From: Macrostomum lignano
Lineage: Eukaryota
Direction: 5' to 3'
Length of the DNA stretch: 21,313 nt
Assembly: GCA_002269645.1 (NCBI GenBank)
Contig: NIVC01002194.1
Location: 1-21,313 of the forward strand
Shown piece after piece: positions 1 through 9,189 of the stretch (positions within the stretch are counted from its first letter, which is position 1; each line of letters starts with the position of its first letter). The position numbers were made by a program, and so were the translations under genes. A model generated the notes under the pieces. That model was not told the origin of the DNA, did no database searches, and worked only from the letters and a program-made list of their open reading frames with translations.

Positions 1-177
1 CGAGCACAGTAAAGCTACGGAGGCCAAGCACAGAGCGGCACCGACGGCCGTAACGATAACAGCTGGCACGTCATTGGCCAGGCTGACGGACAGCCAGGCC
101 AGAGGCGCGGCAGCCAGGCAGAGTGACAGCTGCAGCGCCGCGAAGCAGAACCAGAAGCGGCGTTCGTCAGTTTTCAT
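1..177 (-). CDS. N-terminal part of an unidentified hydrophobic (probably multi-pass membrane) protein, running off the left edge
   Basis: ATG at 177-175 in AAAAAC-ATG context (similar to TAAAAC-ATG of the Rho gene). The frame is open for 59 codons to the window edge: MKTDERRFWFCFAALQLSLCLAAAPLAWLSVSLANDVPAVIVTAVGAALCLASVALLCS. It is GC-rich against AT-rich flanks and has two hydrophobic segments. No family recognised. Confidence 0.55.
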   Translation of the reverse strand, partial: MKTDERRFWFCFAALQLSLCLAAAPLAWLSVSLANDVPAVIVTAVGAALCLASVALLCS

Positions 178-697
178 GTTTTTAGGCTCATGTAAGAGTC
201 ACACTCTGCACTAGGCTGGGCTGGGGCCCCTGTAGCCTAAAACTCTGTCGATTTTATTTCATAATTGCCGTTGATAAGAGCCGTTCAGATAAAGAGATCA
301 GCGCTGAGCGGAGAGATCTGGCGAGAAAAACATTGAACGCGCAACATTTCTCCATGTGAGTTCGTTTACATGAGCACAGTATCTAACTAGATCATTTCTA
401 ACCAAGAAACTGAAATGTACAATTACGCGAAATACACGACTTTCAGTAGAAGAAAGCTACGCTTGCAAAATCGTGCAAAATTTCCCTTGAGGCTGCATGT
501 TGATAGGAAGTTTTTTTTGTGTTTCTCAACACTAAACTGACACTACATGTATCTCACCATATGCTCTTTCAAATGTTGCAAATCAAGCAATTAGTGTGCA
601 TTTGTTTTCCTAGCTCAGTTCCCAAGTTTCTTAATCTTTGAAGTAAACAAGTTTGTTAAGTGACCAAAGTTTTAAAGATATTTCAGCCGGGTTTGTC

Positions 698-1714
698 CAT
701 AGATACTAAAATGACAAGATGGGCCACTCAGACACATATACTTAGTAAAACTGCTTTCTACTTTCAGTTCAGTACCAAAAAAGAATACATAAGCTATTTT
801 ATAAAAAGGCAGCTGAAATGACTTTGATAAGTTTAGAAGCCCAAGCTTGCAGGCGTAAACAACTTGCTAATTGGTTCAGCAGTAATGTAAATTAGCCAGT
901 TCACTGAAATGTACATGGCAGCTTAGGCTGGAATTTCGAGAAAGGCAATTAAAAATTGAGGCGGGTGGGGGGTAGTGTGGAAGGGACGCTTTCATAAGAC
1001 CTAAATTTCACAACGCCTAAAACCACCACACTTCACAACACCTAAATTTCATATCGCCTAAATTTCACAACGCCTAAAATATTTGCACGCTCTTTCACAT
1101 CGCCTAAATTTCACAACGCCTAAAACCGAAAATGCAGCATCCTTCACATCACCTAAATTTCATATCGCCTAAATTTCACAACGTCTAAAATCTTTGCTTC
1201 TCTCCTTCACATTCAGTTTTAGGTGTTATGAAATTTAGGCGATATGAAGTTTAGGCGATATGAAAGAGCATGCAGATTTTTAGGCGTTGTGAAATTTAGG
1301 CGATATGAAATTTAGGTGATGTGAAGTAGGATGCATTTTCGGTTTTAGGCGTTATGAAATTTAGGCGATATGAAATTTAGGCGATATGAAGGAGCGTGCA
1401 GAAATTTTAGGCGTTGTGAAATTTAGGCGTTGTGAAGGAGGCTGCATTTTCGATTTTAGGCGTTGTGAAATTTAGGCGTTATGAAATTTAGGTGATGTGA
1501 AGTCACGTGCTTTAGGCGTTGTGAAATTTAGGTCTTATGAAGCGCCCCCGTGTGGAAAGGCGCGGTTGAGGGTTCAAGCTGGAGGGGGGTAAGAGCCGAT
1601 AAATGAGCCTTGGCTTGAAAAATACATTAGAATGCTTCTGTTTAACTTACTACTGAACTGAAAGTAGCTTACACGCAAATGTGCTGAGTGGCCCATCTTA
1701 TTCTAGTAGCTGTG
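698..1714. mobile_element. Non-autonomous DNA transposon (MITE), P-element-like, copy A, containing a nested foldback element
   Basis: Imperfect TIRs begin CATAG/CACAG, with a perfect core AGATGGGCCACTCAG (717-731) / CTGAGTGGCCCATCT (1684-1698). An exact 8-bp direct repeat GGTTTGTC flanks it (690-697, 1715-1722). CANRG termini with an 8-bp TSD fit the P superfamily; this assignment is inference and hAT is not excluded. Confidence 0.8.
983..1549. mobile_element. Foldback-type MITE with internally repetitive long inverted arms, nested in MITE copy A
   Basis: Left end GGGACGCTTTCATAAGACCTAAATTTCACAACGCCTAAA matches the reverse complement of the right end (GGGGGCGCTTCATAAGACCTAAATTTCACAACGCCTAAA). 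The arms are built of 16-nt subunits CGCCTAAATTTCA(CAA/TAT) that invert around ~1215. TSD GTGTGGAA lies at 975-982 and 1550-1557. The sister MITE at 2436-2888 shows the empty site. GG termini with an 8-9 bp TSD suggest Merlin or MULE (inference). Confidence 0.85.
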
Positions 1715-2078
1715 GGTTTGTCTAAGGTACGCTCGTCTCGTAAAAGTCCATTTCACAAAATTCGAGCAGCAGACCTTTGCGAAGTACATCTAGAGCGTGG
1801 ACACAACTGCATTCTTGCCCGTTGCCGATGTCCCATAATCTTTCGTTAAGCTTTTGCTAGACTGTATAGAAAGGACATGAACCTGAACTCGTATAGCTTT
1901 GCCTGCAGTACCAAGTTTCAAACTGCTTGAAGTGAATTTATCGAGCTTATGCTCAGTGTGCTCGGTTCCGCCCATTCAATTGGTCATCACGCAACCAATG
2001 CAAATTCGAATTATAACGAAAAAACTGGGCCAACAAATTTGTTTTACTGCCAGATTGATAAATTTGCAGCCGTCCAGT

Positions 2079-2084
2079 TTTATT
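2079..2084 (-). terminator. Candidate polyadenylation signal AATAAA of the neuropeptide gene
   Basis: TTTATT on the plus strand, about 190 nt downstream of the stop codon at 2277-2279. Confidence 0.5.
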
Positions 2085-2276
2085 AAACGGAAATCAAAGC
2101 TGTCGTCACGCGGATGTTCGATTCAGCTTCCGGCAGGCGTCTCAGTTCATCGCACGGACCCTTCACACGCGAGACAGAGGGGTTTTGAGGAGGCGGGTGG
2201 GCATCGCTCGGTTCGGTGAGGGAAGAGGGGCAAAAGTGACAGTTCACAAGGCGCCGCTTCTCAGGACGCCGCAGTC

Positions 2277-2313
2277 TCAAGGCAGGCCGCCGCTGCTTCG
2301 CTTCCGTCTGCCG
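2277..2313 (-). CDS. Neuropeptide precursor, coding exon 3 ((S)[11 protein letters not shown])
   Basis: Acceptor ATTTCATTTTTCATGTCGTCAATTCAG| ends at 2314. The phase-2 junction AG+C gives Ser. TGA is at 2279-2277. Confidence 0.75.
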
Positions 2314-4718
2314 CTGAATTGACGACATGAAAAATGAAATGATGAGGCGTGCCCTACGATTCGTACTGAAAATTTGCATTGTTTGTCTAAAAAAACATTT
2401 TAAAACCACACTTGTACCCGTTCTACAGTACTATGGACAGCTACTAGAATAACCAGATGGGCCACTCAGCACATTTGCGTGTAAGCTACTTTCAGTTCAG
2501 TAGTAAATTAAACAGAAGCATTTTAATGTATTTTTAAGCCAAGGCTCCTTTATCGGTTCTTACCCCCCTCCCAGCTTAAACCCTCCAACCGTGCCTTACC
2601 ACACTACCCCCCCGCCCCGCCGCAATTTTTATCGCCTTTCTTGGAATTCCAGTCTAAAGCTGCTATGTACATTTCAGTGGACTGGCTAATGTACATTATG
2701 GCTGAACCAATTAGCAAGTTGTTTACGCCTGCAAGCTTGGGCTTCTAAACTTATCAAAAGTCATTTCAGCTGCTTTTATTTTTATAAAATAGCTTATATT
2801 TTCTTCTTTGCTACTGAACTGATAGTAGAAAGCAGTTTTACTATGTATATATGCCTGAGTGGCTCATCTAGTTATTTTAGTATCTGTGCTCCAACCTAAG
2901 GACTACTTAAGTAGGATGGGGAACTTCTTTTTAAATACTTTTTTAGACAACATCCACGATCTTCAATCAATCTCGTCAGCTGTTATTATTTTTGTGTTGA
3001 AAAATTTAAAAGCTCCATCTCCGTATTGTATTTTTCGGGTAAAACCAGGATCTTATGACTTTTCTCAGAACCAAAGTCTCCCGTCCTTGCTTCTACCCTG
3101 CATTTCTACCGCAACTTGGAGCTGCTGCCCTATCAGAGCAGCAGAGTGAACTGGAAGAACAGCCTGATTAAATGGCTGCCTCAGTGGGAGGGATTGACGC
3201 AGTCAGCTGCGTACTAACCGTGGTCAACTCTGCTTAACTAGCAGCTACTCGGCTAGCAACTTGCCTGCATAGGACATTACGAGTATATTAGAGAGCAGCA
3301 GTCCTGCAAAGCCTCACCTGGCATTGAGGTCGATGCCGTACTGGCCACCGCCGGTGCCCGCACCGCCCAGGGAGGCCAGAAGGTCGGCAATGCGATGATC
3401 GGAGCTCAGGCGCTTCACGGCTCTGCAGAGAGACCGCAGTACAGTGGATCACTCTATTGAACTAACAGATCCTTCAGTAAGTCTACTGGCACTCCATGAT
3501 AGACATCCAGATGGTATAATAGGCTAGGTGGTTTATGTCCCACCACCTGTGGTCTAAGCCATGGAGCATGGCTGGTCGATCGCTATCAAAATTTGTATCA
3601 CCAAGAAAATTTGTTTTCCTTATCTCATCTGAACTGATCCTGGAGAAGCCTTAAAAATTGGCGAGCATGCGGCATGAAATTTGCTAACGTGGCTTCCGAT
3701 AAGGCGGTGCATCGATGTCGAAGGACCTTCGGGTTCCTGTGACCCGGAGGATTACAGAGGCTCAGCCGCCGTCCAGCTAATGAGATCCTGTCTTCGATTC
3801 TCGTCTCTTCTCAAGCGCCTCAAGTCGCTCAACGTGCTGAACAGTTGGGGCTTCCTCTTGCTTCCCTCTCTGGCAAGCGCAAGGCTCAAATTAAAAAAAG
3901 AAGAAAATTGAAAAAAGCAATCCGAGCTGAACGGAAAATACTGCATGGGGGTGGGGGACGCCGAACAGGACTGGCAAAAAAACTGTTGGAATTCTCCAGA
4001 ATCTCTAAAAGAGATCGGAAATGAATTCTGAAGTGGTTGCTCTGCAGGGCGACTGGCTGACACTTAAGCTCGTCCCTCGTATTTGCAGTGCAGGTAAGAC
4101 AATCCACCTATTCAAACAGCAGACCAGCTTTGATTGCGAGCCGATCGACGATGATGGTTCTCTCGAACTAATAACTTTTTCCCTTGGCATACGCCAGTGA
4201 GTTTATCTCGTATTGACACCTGACTGAACCCCCAAAGCAGTTGAAAACGGTGGAAACGCATGCGAACAAGCATGTCATACAATGAAAATTGTCCTAATAC
4301 ACAGTTTCTCTTTCAATTCGGGAGCTTTGTACTCAATTCTACTCTGCATCGCGACTACCGCGCTATACAGATCCCTGGATTTGAGCACGAAAACATTGGT
4401 CTGGGACTTTCCGCGCGATTCACGAGCCTTGAGGGCCAACCCAGAAGGCACAGACCGGTGTGTAATAGGAAGAGCGAGAGTGTGCCTGCGTGCGTATCCA
4501 TGCGCGTGGTCAGAGGTCTTCCTTGGCTGCCGGTCAACTGACGTCTTGAAAAATACAATATTTCTGAATCTAAAAAACGAATCAATTTGGGAACGCGCAA
4601 GAATCACACTGACTTACTGAAGCTCCTCGAATTCGTCGCTGTTAGCAGCAGGTGCGGCAAACGCGAGGCCCAACAGCAGGCAGGCCGCGAACATGATCAG
4701 CGCCAACTTCTTCTCCAT
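2277..4718 (-). CDS. Neuropeptide precursor, iPTH/PXXXamide-like; join of complement 4618-4718, 3318-3422, 2277-2313; 80 aa
   Basis: Spliced product: [80 protein letters not shown]. The exons sum to 101+105+37=243 nt, both introns are GT-AG and all phases match (2/2). It has a signal peptide, a dibasic cleavage site, an amidation Gly and a tetrabasic site. The family call rests on my recall of the SDxRIAxL...G-polybasic pattern, not on a search. Confidence 0.8.
2436..2888. mobile_element. P-like MITE copy B, inverted relative to copy A, without the nested insertion, in intron 2 of the neuropeptide gene
   Basis: TIR cores AGATGGGCCACTCAG (2455-2469) and CTGAGTGGCTCATCT (2855-2869). The interior is the reverse complement of 698-982 plus 1558-1714, with scattered substitutions and indels. 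No TSD could be found and the left terminus is degenerate. Confidence 0.78.
3318..3422 (-). CDS. Neuropeptide precursor, coding exon 2 ([34 protein letters not shown])
   Basis: Acceptor GGTCTCTCTGCAG| ends at 3423 and donor CAG|GTGAGG starts at 3317. The 105-nt exon is phase 2/2 and GC3-rich. Confidence 0.85.
4618..4718 (-). CDS. Neuropeptide precursor, coding exon 1 (signal peptide and acidic propeptide)
   Basis: ATG at 4718 in ACAGC-ATG-G context. It reads [33 protein letters not shown]. Donor CA|GTAAGT starts at 4617. Confidence 0.85.
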
Positions 4719-5090
4719 GCTGTTATCGCGGTAAAGCAAGTGATTCTCTCTGAAACCATGCCGGACATGGGAAGAAAGTTGCGACAGATGCAAAAAGAAA
4801 TTCAATAGGATGGTGCGAGCTTGAGTTTCTGAGTCGCCCCCCCCACAAACTCCTACGATCGGCTTTCAACAGCTGATCAGTCCCACTGGAGACGAGGTGG
4901 ACAGCCAGAGGGGAGAGTGATTTGCATTATCGACCCAATTACTGGCCCAGAATTTGATTACGCATTGACTGCTCAAACTCGAGTAGAGATTGAATTCCAT
5001 CACTGCGTGGCAATCCTGGGCTGGGTAAAACTAGACGAAGATTCTGACAGATAACATGGCGCACAAAGTGAGCCGCCGTCTTTAACTTAC

Positions 5091-5190
5091 TTGGAGCAGA
5101 TTGAAAATAATTCCGTCGGGTTCTCCCGCTGTTCGGCTTTTTTTGGCAAATTCCTTGACGCAACGGAGCTGTGAGAGAGACAGCTCGGCT
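5091..5190 (-). other. Candidate non-coding 5' exon of the neuropeptide gene (upstream boundary approximate)
   Basis: Consensus donor CAA|GTAAGT at 5090-5085 and acceptor GGTTTCAG| at 4750, 31 nt before the ATG, would define a 5'UTR intron. There is no transcript evidence. Confidence 0.4.
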
Positions 5191-5803
5191 ACGACCGGTT
5201 TTCTACTCTTTGTGCCCCTGTGGATTCACTGGCAGTGGCTAGTCTGGCACTGAACCAATAGGGAACTCTCCCATACAGGAAACCTGCCGTGCTGTCAATC
5301 CAGCTGTTGCGATAGGCGGAACCCCATGTTTGAAGCTTGAAGACCTCCACCTCTCTTTCTCTCTTCCAGCCACTACTGATTCTGTCCGAAGTCGATGATG
5401 GTTCAACACCACAAATGCGACTGGTGTATAGCAAGAGAAAAAAGAAATTGCATAAAAAAGAATAATAATCACGTTTTTATACCATTGCATTAAAAGACGC
5501 ACTATATTCCAAAAAAATGAAAACTTCTTGCCTAGCACTTTCGACTGTTTTGAGGTGTCTATTAGCATTCTGTGAAAGCTTAAGTTTGTAAGCTAGTGTA
5601 ATGTTGACTCGGCAACATGTACAAGTTTCCACTCCGAAACCATTGGTCAACTTTTCTTAGACCTCAGCCCCAGGTGACGCAATTCACGTTACGCCCGCGG
5701 TTCGCGTCTCAACTGTGGGTGATCCAATTTGCGTCACAAGGTCCACACGGTTAGCTGGCAGCATGCATAGAGAGTGCAGAGTACGGCTAAGAGTGAATTA
5801 GCC

Positions 5804-6582
5804 TTAAAAAGTCGGAAGAAGGTATGGGATGTGGTAGAACAAATCCTTCGACCAGTAACTGTTCAATTCAGGCTTCTTGTTTAGTGCCATGTAGAGCACA
5901 ATGCCCACAAACTTCCGAATTTCATTTGGGCTACAGTCCTTCCACTGACATACCCTGTGCGGCACATCCGGCTCTTCCTGCACATTCACGTACTCCTTCC
6001 AAGCTCTCGCATTTGTCCAGTCCGAAAGACGCTGAAACATGTTACCTGTCAAGAACTTCTCGACGAAGAAAGATTCATTATCATCGGCTTGGTCCGGCAG
6101 ATTCCAGGATGGATTGCAGCCAGTTGTTCTCAGAAATTCGAGACATTGATCCGGTCGTTCGTCGTCGTGCTCCGACACAATGTTCCAGGCTTCCTGTTGT
6201 TCCACAATTTCGTCTTCTTCTTGCTCCAAATTGGCCTCTATAGTGACTGACGCGAAACCGAGATAATTTGCTGAGTAAGACTTCGGCCCCGACTTGGGCA
6301 TTGATTGCGATATATATATTTAAGAGCCAACCTAAGGGTTCGATACAAGAGAAAGTTACATCCAATTACACGTACACCAACATTGCACGTACATCAGCTC
6401 AATGTGCATTTGGAATAAAATAGCCCGCGAAGAGAATGAGGGTAGCCGTGTATAACAGCCTCATCCTCGGAGTCCGAGTCAGCGCTGTCGTTGATTTCAG
6501 ACTCGTCGGTGTCGGAATCGAGACCGAGTCTGCGTTTTGCGGCCAGTAAAGCCTGCCTTGGTGGAGGTCTTCTCGAAGCCAT
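5804..6582 (-). pseudogene. Truncated piggyBac (PGBD/DDE_Tnp_1_7-type) transposase, N-terminal part only
   Basis: An acidic N-terminus from ATG 6582 reads MASRRPPP..DSDTDESEINDSADSDSEDE. ORF 6301-5804 contains FVEKFLTGNMFQRLSDWTNARA..WKDCSPNEIRKFVGIVLYMALNKKPELNSYWSKD, typical of the region before the piggyBac catalytic core. The DDD core is absent and a stop separates the two parts. Confidence 0.8.
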
Positions 6583-6680
6583 GCCTTTTGGAACACTTTG
6601 GGAATGTTGCGGATTAATATAAAACACTTCCGTCTGTGACATAAAGTTCTAAACTCACAGAGGACACAGACATACATCTA

Positions 6681-8008
6681 CTCCGTCTGTCCGGAAAGTC
6701 GTGAGAATGTATTTAAAAACCAGTCAGAACTATCAGAAAACACGATAACTGTACTAGTTGGTAATGTAATCTCCCCTTGCGTTGATTACAGCTTGGAAAT
6801 GGTCAACGAGTCGCTGAACCTCTCTTTTCAAGCAATCGAAGTCAAGGCCTCTTGCCCATTGCAACGCAGCTTCTCGAACTTGATTGTGGTCGCTGAACAC
6901 TCGCCTGGAGAAATCAGTCTTCATCCAACTGAACAAAAAACGGTCGCAAAATTGAAGTCTGGGCTGTAAGGACTCTGAAACACCAGCTGAACTCCCGGGA
7001 CTCCATGTACTGCTGCATAGAACGAGCCACGTGAGGTCGCGCAATTGTCGGATGAATTGGCCTTGACCTGAGAGTACGCCATAGGTCTCCGGTGTGCCGA
7101 ATGAACTCAACTATGCCATTTGCATCAACAGTTTGCTTTGGGGCTGTGAATTCAATGGAGAAGCGCTTGTTTGGAGTAAAAGCAACCAGAAGCATTGTCT
7201 TTGCATTGCCGACTGAGTGCCTGACAACCTGGGGCCGATGATCCCCTTGGCCAAGCCAGCACCTGTTGTTTTGCTTTGTGCCAGTGTTGTTCAGGTATAT
7301 CACCCATGTCTCATCCTCCACCACGTACTTGTCACAAAAGTTTTCCATGCCCTCGTAAAAAAGCCTGCGAATTTGCTTGGCACAATTGATGCGAGCAGTC
7401 TTGTTCTCCTCGGATAGAGCATGCGGAACCCAGACAGCAGAAACGTTTCGAAGGTGCAAATCCTCAGTCAAAATTTCGTGCACTGTTGTTTTTCCAACTT
7501 CCAAAAAGTCAGCGAGGTCTCGGACACTAACTTTTTGATCCTCTTCAACAAGAGCTCGGCAGGTTTCGATCAGTTCCGCTGTCCTTGTTGACCGTGGCCG
7601 GCCAGTCCGAGGAGCTGAGACCGGGGGAAATTCTTCGTCACGGAACTTCGAATACCATCTGTAAACCGTTGACTGACCTGGTGCAGCATCTCCATAAACT
7701 TTGAGCAGCTCGTCATTGCAGCTGAGAGTGGAGATTCCAAGACGGTATCTAGCATAGGCATAACCCTGGAAGTCTTCCATTTTGAAGAACTCGCAGTCAA
7801 AATTTTCAAGCTTGATCACCGCGTTGCATTTGCTATTGAGCACTTTATACTGAGCTCGCTCCTGCCCCTTATTTTGCTACTAGAGTAACAAGGATTTTCA
7901 CCATAGACATATATGAGTCTATTATTGAACATTTCTGTGTGCCACCTCAACAGCTTGCTGTTTTCTTACTTAATTGACACATTCTCACGACTTTCCGGAC
8001 AGCCGAAG
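6681..8008 (-). mobile_element. Full-length mariner (Tc1/mariner, D,D34D) element, 1328 bp
   Basis: 30-bp TIRs CTCCGTCTGTCCGGAAAGTCGTGAGAATGT (6681-6710) and 7979-8008 differ by two mismatches. The TA TSD is at 6679-6680 and 8009-8010. Confidence 0.95.
6754..7780 (-). pseudogene. Mariner transposase, frameshifted in the catalytic domain
   Basis: Probable ATG at 7780 (MEDFQGY). It has an HTH region, GRPR linker, WVPHAL and EDETW. Frameshifts fall near 7045-7053, 6995 and 6950. Repairing them restores DNARPH..QSPYSPDFNxCDRFLF with 34 residues between the last two Asp. The C-terminus ends GDYITN* (stop 6756-6754). Confidence 0.92.
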
Positions 8009-8156
8009 TATGTATAAAATCTTTCACTCTGTGGTCTTTCCGCCTGGAATGGGAATGCAGTGTTTGAGCAGAAAGAAAGTGTCTATGGCCCGATTTCGGC
8101 CCATCCGACTGAAACGGAGAGTGACAAATATCTTCACCGTCTTGAAGAGGTTTTAA

Positions 8157-8720
8157 AGCTGCCATTTGTGGACACTGGGATCAGTTGTGGAAACTTCAGC
8201 ATGCTTCTGAGTGTAAATCAACTGAAATCAGGTACAAGCCAACTCCTCATAGTCTTCGTATCCATGAATTGGTCCTGTATCCATGCTAATGCTTTAATGC
8301 GCTTTATCACTGTCCTTTGTTGATCATCTGCCAGCTGGAGTGTTATAATTCAATTTTGTTTGTCAGCGAAACTACATATAAGATTGTCGATGATTACCAC
8401 TTCAGCATATACAATGATATAACGATAACGATAGATCTCATTAGGAGTGTCATCTTTGCAGCGTTTCCAATCGAATTGAGTCCGGACAAGTTATCGATTT
8501 TATTGACTGTCTGCTGCTCGATTTTGCTTGGATTGACGTCCTTTGATCTTGAGCAGTTGCCAAGGTTGGCCACAGCTACTAATGCTCGTAGATATGATTG
8601 CTCTGATTATCAGTACAAAGGACATATCTCTTAGTGTAAAATGTCTTGCAGTTCCTTCAAGCAGTGTCGTATCCATGACTTTCATCAGGGGGTCACCAAC
8701 CAGAAGTCACAACACCCATA
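8157..8720 (-). pseudogene. Possible highly degraded LTR-retrotransposon (Gypsy-like) pol fragment
   Basis: Stop-interrupted minus-strand translations KTFYTKRYVLCTDNQ (RNase H-like) and RTVIKRIKALAW..DTKTMRS..PQLIPVSTNGSF (integrase Zn-finger-like) occur in Gypsy order. This is by-eye resemblance only. Confidence 0.25.
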
Positions 8721-9189
8721 GTTTAATGTGACTGTCAGGCTTACGAATTGACTGCATTTTTGCTCAAGCTAGAATGTTGGCTGCAACGTGCAATGTTGAA
8801 TATACTGTAAATGTACAGGTTTTTCGGTCAAGTTCAAATAACTCAGTTCAAGTGCGACATATTCAAAGCCGGTGGCGACAAGCCAAATGAAGTTGCAAAT
8901 TGTCAATGCAGAGTCAACCAAAAGACCAATTCAAGTGCATCATAGTTATTTCAAGAGATGACATCAAGATCTAGCTACCAGAATCGAAGAGACTATCAAG
9001 GACGCCAAGCAAGTCAGCGGCTCAGATCTGCGGGTGAATTATTTGTTAAAAAACAACAGGTGTTATGAGCGGCAGTTCCCAATCACCCAATAAAGTGCCC
9101 CAGGCAAGATTTTAGCGTCATTTTGGCTCCTAAAGAGAAGCAATTTTTCCTAAGCATTGATCTGGGGGAAGTGTCTCCATATTAACTTT

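Larger units (their letters stand above)
5661..8152 (-). mobile_element. Internally deleted piggyBac-like element (boundaries tentative), interrupted by a mariner
   Basis: It contains piggyBac transposase fragments. Candidate degenerate ends are TTAG-ACCTC-n7-GGTGA..TCAC at 5657-5687 and, reverse-complemented, TTAA-AACCTC-n8-GGTGA..TCAC at 8156-8121. TTAA is the piggyBac target site. The end match is weak. Confidence 0.45.

Noticed and set aside
1790-1975. GTAGKAIRVQV resembling the Argonaute N-terminal GTxGxxIxL motif
   Set aside because: A short match in a 61-aa ORF with no further Argonaute features, likely chance.
4355-4544. Alternative exon 2 for the signal-peptide exon via a 73-nt intron (acceptor at 4545)
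   Set aside because: It is in phase but gives a featureless peptide. Splicing to 3422 gives a coherent prohormone. A minor isoform is not excluded.
5156-5162. CRE-like TGACGCA near the putative neuropeptide 5' exon
   Set aside because: A 7-mer with no TSS or conservation support. The same string also occurs in the nearby piggyBac end.
6238-6450. Possible intron joining the two piggyBac transposase fragments
   Set aside because: Phase-1 acceptors exist near 6238, but I found no in-phase GT donor before the stop at 6396-6394.
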